DNA of 64,000 bases from Eledone cirrhosa. Lineage: Eukaryota. The stretch spans positions 122,512,001-122,576,000 of the forward strand of contig OZ024742.1 of assembly GCA_964016885.1 (NCBI GenBank), given 5' to 3'. Under the pieces are notes generated by a model, which searched no databases, was not told the origin of the DNA, and saw only the letters and a program-made list of their open reading frames with translations. Made by a program: the position numbers and the translations under genes. Position 1 is the first letter of the stretch, and every line of letters begins with the position of its first letter. This document shows positions 21,318-35,043 of this stretch, one piece after another.

Positions 21318-24300
21318 ATGACCTCACTCAGAATAGGCAGCATAAATGCGCGTGGCTTGGGGTCGTCATGGAAGCAGGGTCACCTGCTCAACGACCTCAG
21401 GTCACTAAACATAGATGTAGTGGCCATCAGCGAGACCAGAATCTCCGAAGCACGGGCCTTCGCACCGATCTTCGGCGGCTACGATGTGTACGCATCTCCC
21501 AGCCGTCCTGGATGGGGTGGAGGAGTTGCTGTGCTTTTTCGGAGAGGTTTGGATATCGCCATACGGGCCATCTTCCTGGACCCAGAGGGTAAGCTGGTGG
21601 TGCTGGACGTGACCAGCGGAGACGGGCAAGCTTTCAGGCTAGTGGCCGTCTATGCCCCGACAGGAGCAGGGCGGCCTGATTTCTTCCGGCGTCTGGAGAC
21701 CTTTCTTGGAACGTCCCGCTCTTTAGTGTTAGTGGGCGACTGGAACAGGATCTTAGATGCACGCTGGGACTGTGTGGGATTAGCGGATAGGGGTGGAGGG
21801 TGCAAGAGCCTCACCAACCTGCTCAGACGTATTGAACTGTCTGACAGGTACCGATTGGATTTCCCGAATGTGCCAATGTGGACTTGGACAAACCGCATAG
21901 GGTCATCCAGATCATATCTAGATAGAGTATTTTGTAGGGAAATAGATAGGTCTAGCATAGGCTGTCCACAATTCAAGATAGTCAGCTACACGGACCACAA
22001 ATTCGTGATCTGTGTGCTTGACTTAGATAGGCTTCATAGACGAGGACCCGGCTACTGGAAGCTAAACGCGTCTTTACCAGCGCGCAAGGCCTACAGAGAC
22101 CGGATTAGCGAACTAGTTAAGCGGGCGTTGACGGGGGCCATCGTCAACAACAAGTGGTGGTTTGCTCTGAAAAGAGCGATTAGAATAGAATCGATTAGGT
22201 TTATTAAGGCTTTAGCAATAGAGAAAAATAGAGCAGAGGGAGAACTAGTTAGAAAATTAGACGAGGCGCTTAGCAAAGGCATTGCGACCGACGTGCTTGC
22301 GGCGAAATTGGCCCTTGACCAATTCTTCAATGCAAAGCACGAAGGCTGCGTTGTCAGAGCAAGGGTGCGTGCTCTCAGACACGAGGGGACGAAAGCCGTT
22401 CAATGGGCCCGAGTGGCGGAGGCGCGTCGTGGCAACAAAGCCACGATCCGGTCTTTGGTGGCCAACGGCGGGCGCATGCTACTCGATCCCGGGTTAATGT
22501 GTGAAGCTTTTCAGCGACACTTCGCTCAGCTGTTCGGGGGCAGCGGTGGGCCGGGTAGAGGGATGGACTTTAGTGTCTACCTCAACGGACTGCCGCGGCT
22601 CTCGGCCACTGAGGCGAATTGTTGCGAAAAGCCGATAACAGCCGCTGAAGTACGGGAGGCAATGACTGGCTGCACAAGGGGTAAATCGCCTGGTTTGGAT
22701 GGTCTGCCCTATGAACTTTACGTACAGATGCCACACTTGTTCGGAGGCCTCTTGGCGGACGTCTACTGCAACTGGCAACAGAACGGGAGAATTCCCAGTT
22801 CTGTGAGCCGAGGAGCGGTGGCACTGCTGAGAAAGGATCCGAACAAGGGGGATAACATAGACAATTTCCGGCCCATAACTCTGCTAAACACAGAGTTCAA
22901 GATTTTGGCCAAGGTGCTAGCAAAGAGGTTGGCGCTTGTCGTTGGTGGTCTGGTGGGAGAGGCGCAGATCCATCCACGACAACCTCCACCTCATGCGATA
23001 CATCGTAGAGAGGGTAGCTAGGGAACCTGGCACGGGTGGGTCCTTGATCAATTTAGATCAGTCGAAAGCTTTCGATAGGGTCGACCATCGTTACCTAGCG
23101 GCAGTCCTGAGGGCGGCTGGCTTTGGGCCCGTCTTCAGAGGCTGGATCGCTGCCATGCACAACGACATCTGCTCTGTGGTGAGAGTGAACGGTCATCTGT
23201 CGGAACCGTTCAACATCATGCGCTCGGTCCGCCAAGGATGTCCCCTCTCGTCCCTCTTGTACGTATTGACTCTCGAGCCATTACTGCACAAACTGGAGAC
23301 GTTGAGGGGAGTCCCGCGCGAACTAGGATGCGGAAGATCCGTGTCAGCTTATGCGGACGATGTCACCGTAGTGGTGTCGAACGCCAAACACATCGAGGCG
23401 ATCGGCACTACACTAAGAGAATACGAAGCGGTGACGGGAGCAATGATCAACCAGGAAAAGTCAGTGGGCCTGCAGCTCGGCACCTGGAGAGGCAGGTCCA
23501 TGCCGTCCAACAGCGTCGTCGGACGCTGGACGGACGGACCGGTTAAATTGCTAGGGGTCTGGTTCGGTCCGGACCTCCAGACGGACAAAAACTGGGACGA
23601 GGTGACGAGCAGGGTGGCTTCTCTCACCCAGAAATGGGCGGAGAGGAAGCTATCCCTGAAAGGTCGAGCGGTGGTGGCTAACGCGTACATCGCGTCTGTC
23701 ATCTGCTACCGCCTGACCGTCGTACCTTGTCCTAAGCCTTGTCTGACTGCGCTGGAGCGTTTGCTCTTTCGCTTTTTGTGGAAGGGACGTGCTCCGATGG
23801 TCAGGCGGTCCATCAGTTGTCAACACCCGCTAAGTGGAGGGCTGGCATGCCGTGGCTGATGATGCGCAGGCACGCGCTCAGGCTACGACATCTCCACCTC
23901 TTCCTCGACGGTGATCAGGTGTGGTCGCCGTTTGCTAGGCGCGTATTTCCCCAGCTCGTTTCCTTGACGGAGCTGCAGTCCTTCAAGCGAAGACCGAGAG
24001 GGAGCGCCTGGAGACCGGAATGTCTTCAGGCGCTCACAGCCCTCGACCAATCGGGCAATGTGATCGGTGAAAACTCCACCTCGGCGTTCTATAGAGGATT
24101 AGTGGAGGGTAAGAGCGACGACGTACTTGGGGAAACTCTAGGCGTCGACGAAAATCAACTAGCCAATCTCTTCGGAAGAACTTTCGGGCCGGGGCCTATG
24201 GACAACTTCCAGAAATCTCTGGCCTGGCAGTGCTACAGAGGAGCCTTGCCAGTTCGGGATAAACTCTACAGGCATGGAGGTGCCGTCAGCCGGGCATGTC

Positions 24301-24712
24301 GAGATGCGCGCAGGGCGACGAAACCGTCCTGCACGCACTCGTCCAGTGTCCGAAAATTGCTGACTTGTGGGTTTATGTCGAACACCTGCTGTCGCGTTTA
24401 GGACGGATCCGACTATCATCTGAGTCCATCGTGAGGATTGCCCCGCCCTCCTCCTTTAGCCGGGAAGGGCAGGCAGTTTTTATCTGTCTGGTGGCCATGG
24501 CGAAAGAGATAGTATGGTGGACACGTTTGAAAGGGCTGAAGACGAGCACTTTCCTCTTCGGTGATGCTCTGATTGACTTTTTCAAATTTCATTTGAAAAG
24601 GAAAATCAGAGTAGAGAGGGAAGTGCACTCTTCCCAGCATTTTGTTGAAAGATGGGTGAGAGAAGCAAGAATGGCCCGAGTGAATGGGCCTACTCTGAGT
24701 ATATATCTGTAA
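21318..24712 (+). pseudogene. Tx1 ORF2 of copy 3, disrupted
   Basis: Split into 21318-23021, 22936-23859, 23739-24401 and 24296-24712 by a 20-bp deletion and further indels. Confidence 0.92.
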
Positions 24713-24974
24713 ATTAAAGGTGGAAAACTGGGAGAGGGCACTTGCCTTGGTGGTCCGGGTCATTGTGGCTTTTTACTGGGCTTTCTCCACAAATGTCCCT
24801 CCGAAGTCTCCCCCCTATTGGGGAATTTTTCATTGTTATTTTCATTGTTATTTTTTGTTACATCCTCTGTTTTTGTTTTTTACACGCAGAAATGCCCATT
24901 TGTACCGTCCTGCATTGTCCTGCACTGTCCTTAATGTCTACTTTATGTAAACCCTTGTGGTTAATATAGAAATC

Positions 24975-24992
24975 ATTATTATTATTATTACC

Positions 24993-25050
<58 letters not shown>
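24975..25050. repeat. (ATT)5 + (AGT)~19 microsatellite, right border of the cluster
   Basis: Direct reading. Confidence 0.95.
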
Positions 25051-25539
25051 ACAGTATTACTAGTAGAAATAGGAATAATGTTAATGTTGGTTGGTTAGGT
25101 GGTAGTAGTGGTAAATGGTAGTGGTGTAGGGTGTAGTAATAATAATATTATTAATTGTGGTAGTTGCAGGAAGGGGAAGTGGGAGTAGGAGTAGTAATAG
25201 TTGTTGTAGTGTTAGTGTTCATTGTTGTAGTAACAATAATGCCGGTGGTGTGTTGAGTACTAGCTGTGGTGGTAATAGTCACCCCGGGCACCCATTGCCT
25301 TAGGACAGAAAGAAAAAAATATATATTCATCATTTTATTTTTTCTTACCTAAATATGAGAAAGAAATTAAATGTGTTCTTGTTTGATGGAAATGTTAGAA
25401 AATCATTCTATATATTTTTTTAACGATGTAACTAGCTGAAAGGAAACATAACACATGAAACATGAAAAGTAATAGAAATTTATTAAAAAAACCTCGTATG
25501 TTTCACATACATTTTTTTCATTCTGGATCCATGTCGATA

Positions 25540-25858
<319 letters not shown>

Positions 25859-26053
25859 GCACATGTAAACCTATTTTGGTTTGAGCTTAAACAATCCGTA
25901 TGCGAATGCTTATTGCATGCTTATCCCCGACAACAACCCTCATTTAATGATATAATTCTATGTTATACCATACAGCGTACTTACAAGTACATGCATATAT
26001 ACATACACACAGACACACACATATATATCTATATTTATGTATGTATGTGTGTG

Positions 26054-26084
<31 letters not shown>

Positions 26085-26164
26085 GTATATATATATATAT
26101 TTTTTATATATATATATATATACATGAATGTATGTATGCAAAACAGACATTTATCATGATAAAG

Positions 26165-26350
26165 AAAGATTCGGCCGATAAAGATTTGTTAAAGCTAACG
26201 GACGTCATGCTTTGACGCATAGAGTTACGGCCCTTTACATTCTGAGTTCAAATCCCGCCGAGGTCAACTCTTTGCCATTCATCCTTACGGGGTCGATAAA
26301 ATAAAGTACCAGTAATGTACTGGGTAATTGCCAAAAGTAGAAAGGACTAT
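26165..26350 (+). mobile_element. tRNA-derived SINE (cephalopod-type core), decayed
   Basis: B-box GAGTTCAAATC and core TTCATCCTTACGGGGTCGATAAAATAAAGTACCAGT; matches 59564-59753. Confidence 0.8.
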
Positions 26351-26659
26351 ATTTTTAACATTTTAGGATGTAAATTTGAAGTCATGAAATTTGGGGGTAC
26401 AACAGTTATTGTAATGTTACGACACAACAGCTCCGGTGTTACAGGGAATCTCGGCTATACAGGGCATACGTCTTCCTGTGCAAGACTAAAGCTTTATTTT
26501 ACTAACTACCATTTATACATTTATAATAGTTTACATTTCCTCTCACATGATTTAATCTGTTTAGGTTTTCTTGTTCTATCAAAACAACTCTGCCAAACAA
26601 TGAGGTCTCTAAGTGCATGTGACAAGGCTTGGTCGGACACTGAGTCAATGCATTACTGA

Positions 26660-27020
26660 AACAATCCCGAGTAAGAAGCCTGCCTCCTTAGACGGTATCA
26701 TTGTAAAGTAGAGTACCACTATCTCGATATATTTGAGAAACACAGCGTCCAAGCAAATCTGCGTACACGGCAATGAGTACATTTGATTCACGACAAACTA
26801 AAACAAACATTGAGTTCGAGAACCCTAGCATGAAGCTACACTTCCCAGTACAGTTATCAAACGCATGGAAATTCCTGAAGAAGATATCACAAGGAAAACA
26901 CTCGTGGAACACCTCCGAATTGAAGAACATTTCATTAGAAATCAGAAACCTATCCAGGACAAATTTACTAACACATGTAGGAAGTAGATTTTCCAGGTCA
27001 ATATACACAATATACTAAAA
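26660..27020 (+). mobile_element. Decayed Penelope-like GIY-YIG endonuclease remnant
   Basis: Reads RYI*ETQRP (YIGET-like), then ...HSWNT...; several frameshifts. Confidence 0.4.
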
Positions 27021-27829
27021 CTGCTCACTAATAATAACTATTAACATTCCAACCACGAACGAGCTAGTCCCCTGTAAAAATGCCCTTCCACTTCCATTTA
27101 CCTAATTAATCTACCTGAAGCACACTAAATACCTCCATCTACACAGACATTTATGAGCCATCCCATAATCATTGTTTCTCCTCGAGGCGCAAGACCAGCA
27201 ATTATTCCAGTGCATTACTGATGCTTTATTTTTATCGAGCTATCGTAAGGATGAGAAGCAAAGATAACCTTTTTTTAAAACTCTTTTTACAAAAAAAAAT
27301 TAAAATGAACACCACTTTTCATGTAGTAAGAATGAGGGCAAGGAGAATTCAATACCTGCATTTCGCGCAAGTTTATGTAGGTGTGTATCTCTCCCTGTGA
27401 CGTTTATCGCATATAATTGAAAAAAGATCGCATTATTTATGGGATGATCCCAAATTCCATGCATAAACAAAAGTAGCATTTAAAAAAGTTTGATAGCGCT
27501 TTAATTTTATCAATATTTCTACTTTGTTATACGTCAATCATTTCTCAACTTAACTAAAACTGCCATGAACTGCAGCAACTACAACTACTACAATATTAAT
27601 ACGTATAAACTTGTAACATATATATATATACATGCAAGATGAGACAATGTCGTGCTCACGGATTTTCGAGTAGCACAAAGGTATTAGAGGACGTGGAAAG
27701 AAAATGAGGTGTGCTAGGCCTACAAAGAGCAGGACTGAAGCCAATGTTGAGAGCGGGAGGCATGCGATGCGTGGAGATTGTCAGCAGACTGTTTGACTGA
27801 TCGCAAGGGAGCTGGCAATGAGGATGGTC

Positions 27830-28194
27830 GCTGGCTCAAAACGCTCTGAGCATCCAGCAGTTCCTGACAGAGAAGAACATAGCCGTACTGGAACAATCTC
27901 CTTATTCACCTGATCTTGCTCCGTGAGACATTTTCCTTTTCTCCAAGCACAAGTGTGTCGTCAATGGGACCCGTTGAGAAAGTGTGGAGACCATTAATAA
28001 GGCCCCATCGAAGGAGCTGATGGGTATCCTGGAAGAATCCTTCCAGCATTACATAGAAGCATTGGCAGAGAAAGATGAAAAAGTGCATTAGACTCGAAGG
28101 AGATTAATTTAAAAGGGAAAATATGTAATTCATTTGAAATCAAAGTAAGTTGACTGTGGCAACAATCCTGTTACTTTTGCAGACAGAACTAGTA
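27830..28194 (+). mobile_element. Mariner transposon 3' remnant
   Basis: LSIQQFLTEKNIAVLEQSPYSPDLAP*D contains the mariner YSPDLAP motif. The terminus is homologous to 1708-1790 and ends in (TA)n. Confidence 0.8.
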
Positions 28195-28196
28195 TA

Positions 28197-28268
<72 letters not shown>

Positions 28269-28431
28269 AAATTAAGATAAATTAAATGAATTTAATCTAA
28301 ATCGAAATTGTGGGTGTCATGCCATAACGGCGTGCGCCATATCGCCCGGAAAATAAGGTCAAAGATTTTGTAGGTCGGAGCATTTTATAATAACTAGAAA
28401 TTGATTAACATATATATAAACATGAATAATT

Positions 28432-28470
<39 letters not shown>

Positions 28471-28474
<4 letters not shown>

Positions 28475-28675
28475 AAAATGTATGACCCCGACGGCAGAGC
28501 GCAAGCCGTTTCGACGGCTATTTCTGGACTATTTTACTCCAGAAATAACCGTCGAAACGACTTGAGCTCTGCCGTCGGGGGTCATACATTTTTCTATTAC
28601 CCTCTCTACTACCCTAAGTATTGAGTACTCTGGTGCGTTATGGTCCATCTGCTTCCTTTCCACAACTCCTTCGTT
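28471..28675. mobile_element. Fold-back mini-element made of the terminal sequence of the Neptune-like PLE at 34263-34403
   Basis: Inverted arms of ~58 bp (28471-28529 / 28537-28596) plus a tail matching 34312-34403. (TA)n on both sides. Confidence 0.8.
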
Positions 28676-28769
28676 ATATATATATGTATATATATAGATA
28701 GATATATATAAATTAATAAAAACAATGAAATAAAAACAAAGAACAAGTTCCTTATATTAAAAAATCATT

Positions 28770-28895
28770 ATTTTACGATCGTTTCTAGGATGTATATGTG
28801 TGTTGGTATTTATATCATATAGATCTATGTAAACATATTACAAATTATCAGAGGAAATATACTTACCCTCACATATACACGCTGTCTTCAGAAAT
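28770..28895 (-). ncRNA. Type I hammerhead ribozyme motif in PLE terminal region
   Basis: attt-CTGAAGA-[stem II GTATATGTG/CACATATAC, base degenerate]-GAA-ACGATCGT (palindromic stem III)-A|aaat. Confidence 0.65.
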
Positions 28896-30419
28896 GATGA
28901 GATTTGTTTATTGAAAAAAACCAACAAAGATTTAATATAAAAGGACTGTTTGGGAACAGGTTTTGAATTTACCAATAGAAAAGTAGTTATAGGTCAAGTT
29001 GATAGAATAGTGGTAGTAGACATTTAATTTAGGGGTAGACTTATGTTTTGAATGAAAAGAATACTTCGAATGAAAAGAATACTTTGGAGATGAAAAGGGG
29101 TCAAGCCAGTGAAATGTACACGAAAATTTGATGTTATTAAAGAATCATGTTAAAAACGAAAGAATCTTAATTAAACCACAAGGAATCTAAATCTATAACA
29201 AGAAATTACATTACATGATAGGTATACTGAAAGGGATAAATTTATATTAATTCATATGAATGTGATAAATAAGAATTAGATATTATTAAAGAGTGTTGTT
29301 AAAAGTAAAATTTTGGGGTACGGATAGTAGTGAGAAATACCAATCTTATATATAAACTACAAGGAATCTAGATTCATAACACGAACATAAATTAATTTAT
29401 AAGTATACTGTTAGGTATTAATTTTAGGAAAATAGAGCAGTAAGAGGGAAATAAAATTATGAAGTTCTTGGTAGTAAAGTACTAATTATAGGTTAACCAA
29501 ATTAAAAAAAAATAATTATAATAATATGTAAAATATAAGTGTAAGGTGTATATTAATTAGGTTTATAATATTTGAAGGTTCTTCTAATTCTATGATTGCA
29601 AGATATAATTAATTCCTGTCGCTTATTTAATAGGATATCCTTAGATTTCATGATTTCAAAAAGTTCCTGGGAGCATAACCTACACTCGTATCTGTTATTT
29701 TGATAAGGCGTGGCCCTTTTGAGCACACTCCAGGTCAGGTTATAATCGATACTCCTTTTTCTATAATTATTAACTGTTTCAGCCAAGGATGTATTAGCTA
29801 ATGCGGCATTTTTATAACTATGTTTGTGGGTATTAAATATTACTTTAAATTGGTTAGACGTAGCTCCTATATATGCATAAATGGAGTCCTTAGTGCTAGT
29901 TTTACATTTATAGACTATGTTATTAATGAGACAATTTCCCTTTAATGGGCAATTTCTTTTGATTCTACAGTTACAACCATTCGTGAATATTATATCAGGG
30001 GAATTAGTCAAATTTGGTGTGGAATTTACTCGACTTTTTATAGGTGAAGGAAATGGTGCTTTGTTGCAGTTTATTTTAGTATTATGGTTAGTTTGATGTG
30101 TTGGTGGTATATTTGTGTTTTTGTTTGCATTTATATGCGTGGTACGCACTTATATTTTGCTGTATAATTTTGGTAGTGGAGTAGGAACATTTGACAGTTG
30201 ATCTATTTAAAATTTGATGGTATTTATCGTTTGGCGGGAAGTTTTTCTCTAGGATAGTGAAAACATGTTTAGGGATATCTTTAATTTGTAGATTAAATGG
30301 AGCATTATACCAAATTACCCGTCTATTACGGTTTCGATATTGTTTTTTATATTTATACGATGTATCAGGATGTTTACTAAGAGAGTTACTATTAGTGAAT
30401 TTATTATATATAGGTTTTG

Positions 30420-30465
30420 TACTGGGTAATTGCTGGCCTTGTGCTTAAAGTAGAAACAATTATAT
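30420..30465 (+). mobile_element. SINE 3'-end fragment inside the Neptune element
   Basis: TACTGGGTAATTGCTGGCCTTGTGCTTAAAGTAGAAACAATTAT matches the SINE 3' end. Confidence 0.65.
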
Positions 30466-31338
30466 ATAGGTTTAGTTAGATTAACTGATTTAGGTGTTTT
30501 AGTTGGATTACTAGGAATTTCGTTAGTAATGTTGTTAACATATATTGGAGTATTAGGATGAATGTATTTTTGAAAGTCATTTTATTTTATGTGATAAGAG
30601 GTAGAGAAATAAAGTTTTAGGTTGGTATTTTGGGGTGTAGTATGAGTGGCATTTAGGTGTGGGTTTTTCATTTGGTGTTTGTTGGTAATATTGGGTTGTA
30701 TGTTTGAAGTATTATTGGTGCAAGGTATACAGACTAATTTGTTTTTGTGGCCGCTTTTAGCTATATCTTCGTTATAAAAGGGCGCGTCTTTATCGAATAC
30801 ATCCTGGTTAGATGAAAGGTTAGAGGTTCTGAGTGAGATATTATATGCTAGGTTTTTAGGGATAGATCTAGGGTGATTGGATTGTGAGTGTATGTAATGT
30901 AAGTTTTGGTTAGGTTTATGGTAAGGTTGGTAGATACCCGTAGATAGGTCTAAAGTTATATCTAGGAAATTGACTATTTTACTGGTGTTTTCAAATGTAA
31001 TAGTGAGATTGTAAAGTCTTTGAGGAAAGTTCTAAGTTTTTTATTTTTTTGCAATTTCTGATAAGCTAAGAGTAGTGGAAAGAAGAAGAAGTCATCACGA
31101 TATAAATCACGTTTAAGGTGGGGAAAATGAATTAATGTTAAATAGAAGAAAGAGGCCCACAAGATCGATAATTTAGGCGGAATCACTAGAGCCCATAGTG
31201 ATATCGAAGAGATTACTATATGTATTTCTGGTCCAGTATTCCTTCTGAAATTCCAGTAATGTTTGTCTAGCCTGCGTGATAATATTAATGTCATGCATAG
31301 TTAAGTTTGATCTATTTTTGGCAAATATATATATATAT

Positions 31339-31587
31339 GTCGTTTCTGAATTTGTTTAGCAAGATTCTTTATCTGAAATCGTGTGTTGAAACCGATATTG
31401 TTATACTTTGGGACTATGACTATATATAAACAACTATCTGGTTTTGGAACCAACCAACCAACCAGAAATTTATAAGTTTGTAGATTTGTAAATTTATAAA
31501 TTTATAAATATATAATAAATTGAAGTGAAAGCAACTGGTGCGTGTGTTTCTTATTAGCAACATGACCCTCCCAAAGTATAACAATAT
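31339..31587. mobile_element. Short fold-back derivative of the Naiad-like PLE terminus
   Basis: 31397-31587 matches 38903-39055. A 19-bp inverted repeat ATATTGTTATACTTTGGGA/TCCCAAAGTATAACAATAT is present. The left part matches 41315-41380. (TA)n flanks. Confidence 0.75.
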
Positions 31588-31599
31588 ATATATATGTGT

Positions 31600-32990
31600 A
31601 TATATATATAAACGTTTGTATTTGTAAAGCCAAAACAATGCAGGTATGGACAGAGAATAAAGAATGCAAAGGCAATAGATATTGTTGACAATTAGTCTTT
31701 TATCTTAGATTTATTTAAATGTCCTTAATTTTAGAGATAATATCTCTTCTTCGGAGGGAAGTAAAGCGGTTAAACCAGTGTTCTAAATACTTGCCAAGTC
31801 ATGCTGACAGGAAATGGTATAGGGTGTCTGTTCTATCTCTAATGTCAGAGAGTTATGATTAGGTGGATAAAGAGTAGTCTCCCTTTAAAAGGGGTTTAAG
31901 GGAGAATGCGTGAAGGTGTAAGTATGTGTATGTGTGTGTGTGTGAGTATGAGAAGATATGTCTATACGTAAAAGTGGGGGATAGATGTTCTATCGTGTTA
32001 GAACTGGTATTTGTGTGTGTATGTGTGTGTGTGTGAGAGAATAAGTGGAGGTGTAAGCGTGTGTGTGTGTGTGTGTGCACGTGCGTGCGTGTGTGTGTGT
32101 GAGCGGGGTGTAAGTATGGGGCTAGATGGTCATCAAGTTATAAATTGGGTGTTGAGTTCTAGTCTATTATTGATTGGTGGTTGTGTTTTGTCTATAACTA
32201 GTGCTTCCTTAATTCTAAGATTGCCGAGGTTTCTTTCGTTAGTTTCTATCCTAACTGTTATGGTTTTGTCGATGTTTTTGCATTTAACTATGTGTTTCTT
32301 AAATGAGGAATCGTTAGTATTGAGGTGTACTTTTATTCTTATGTGGAGTGGTCTGGTGGTGCTACCTACATAGAAGTTGCTGCATTTGCCGCACTCTAGT
32401 CTGTATACGACGTAAGCCTGGTGGTATAGGTCTGTGTCGTTGATGGAGCAGTTGGCTAGCCTGAAGCGGTTGTCATGTCTGGTGGAGTGTCTTTTGGTTA
32501 GCTGTCCGCGTAGAGAAGGACCTGAGTGGGCCAGTTGGATATCTAGTCCCTCTCGTCTAATAGCTCTACGGATGGATGTTGTTGTTTCGTCACTGAAGTG
32601 TGGGAGCTTCAGGAAGCAAGTGTTAGTGCCTCGGGTGTGGTGTCCTCTGTTCTTTCTGGCACAGTTTGTGGTGGATGTCGTGTATTTGTTCAGTTTGAGT
32701 ACTTCCAGGAAATGTATGGTGTGTGTGTCTCGGGCTCTAGCGTCGGTGCATTTGTTCCGGATACGTGTTAGTTCGTTCCTTATGTATCCGAACATAGCGC
32801 CGCTGAGAGAGCCGATCTGAAATGTACGAACAGGTCCCTGCTGGCGGCTTTTTTATAGAATCAGGTGTGGATGTTGCCCTCCTCTGTTACCCTGAGTTGG
32901 AAGTCCGGTAGGGATAGGGATCCGCGGTCATCGGGGTGTTCAATGCTGAACTTTATACTGGCGTCCATGCTGGATAATGTTGTGTATATT
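31600..32990 (-). mobile_element. Penelope-like element (non-Neptune type), 5'-truncated: RT thumb + GIY-YIG + 3' region
   Basis: IKFSIEHPDD.GSLSL, LFVHFRSAL, then ORF 32133-32795 VVYRLECGKC..FYVGSTTRPL..R...H...IKEAL.I....P.IN. Confidence 0.85.
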
Positions 32991-32994
32991 GCGG

Positions 32995-34517
<1,523 letters not shown>

Positions 34518-34649
34518 ATATATATGTGTGAAGTAATTCCGTCGGAAAAGTCCAGGAAAAAAGAGTGCTCTATGTAGGTAACAGAGCTTAATAGTTATGT
34601 AATAAAAAACATAAGGCAACTATTCCATTTACCAGTGGTTTCTTAAAAG

Positions 34650-34728
34650 CAAAAGATTTTGCTTTCAATCCTCAGAATGAAAAAATCCTGGATTTTTTCA
34701 TTCTGAGGATTGAAAGCAAAATCTTTTG
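34650..34728. repeat. Perfect palindrome, 39-bp arms with a 1-nt spacer
   Basis: CAAAAGATTTTGCTTTCAATCCTCAGAATGAAAAAATCC-T-GGATTTTTTCATTCTGAGGATTGAAAGCAAAATCTTTTG. Confidence 0.9.
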
Positions 34729-34731
34729 GTG

Positions 34732-34817
<86 letters not shown>

Positions 34818-35000
34818 AATATATATATATATGTATATATATATATTGTTATGATTTGGGATGGGAGGGACATGTTGCCAATAAGAAATACATGCACCAG
34901 TTGCTTTTACTCCAATTTATAAATTAAATTCATAAATTTAAAAATTTATACATTTCCGTTTGGTTGGTTGGCTCCATAACCGGACGGTTGTTCATATATT

Positions 35001-35043
35001 GTCAACGTTCTTTCGTCACACATTTTGTGACCTCTTCAGTGAC
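35001..35043 (-). ncRNA. Minimal hammerhead motif in the inverted arm
   Basis: gtca-CTGAAGA-g-GTCAC..GTGAC-GAAAgaacgt-tgac; the cleavage-site U appears mutated. Confidence 0.55.

Larger units (their letters stand above)
18970..24974 (+). mobile_element. Full-length Tx1 copy 3 (ORF1 open, ORF2 frameshifted)
   Basis: Collinear with copy 1 from GAATGCCATGG to GAAATC, followed by (ATT)5 and (AGT)n. Confidence 0.93.
28710..31310 (-). mobile_element. Neptune-like Penelope element, decayed (RT C-half, GIY-YIG, 3' non-coding region)
   Basis: FDITMGSSDSA, LYRDD, VNFLDITLDL, SNHP, then ORF 29553-30149 CNC...CPL...C...IVYKC...YIG...C.LC..E...LLNKR.E...C.H. Confidence 0.85.
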
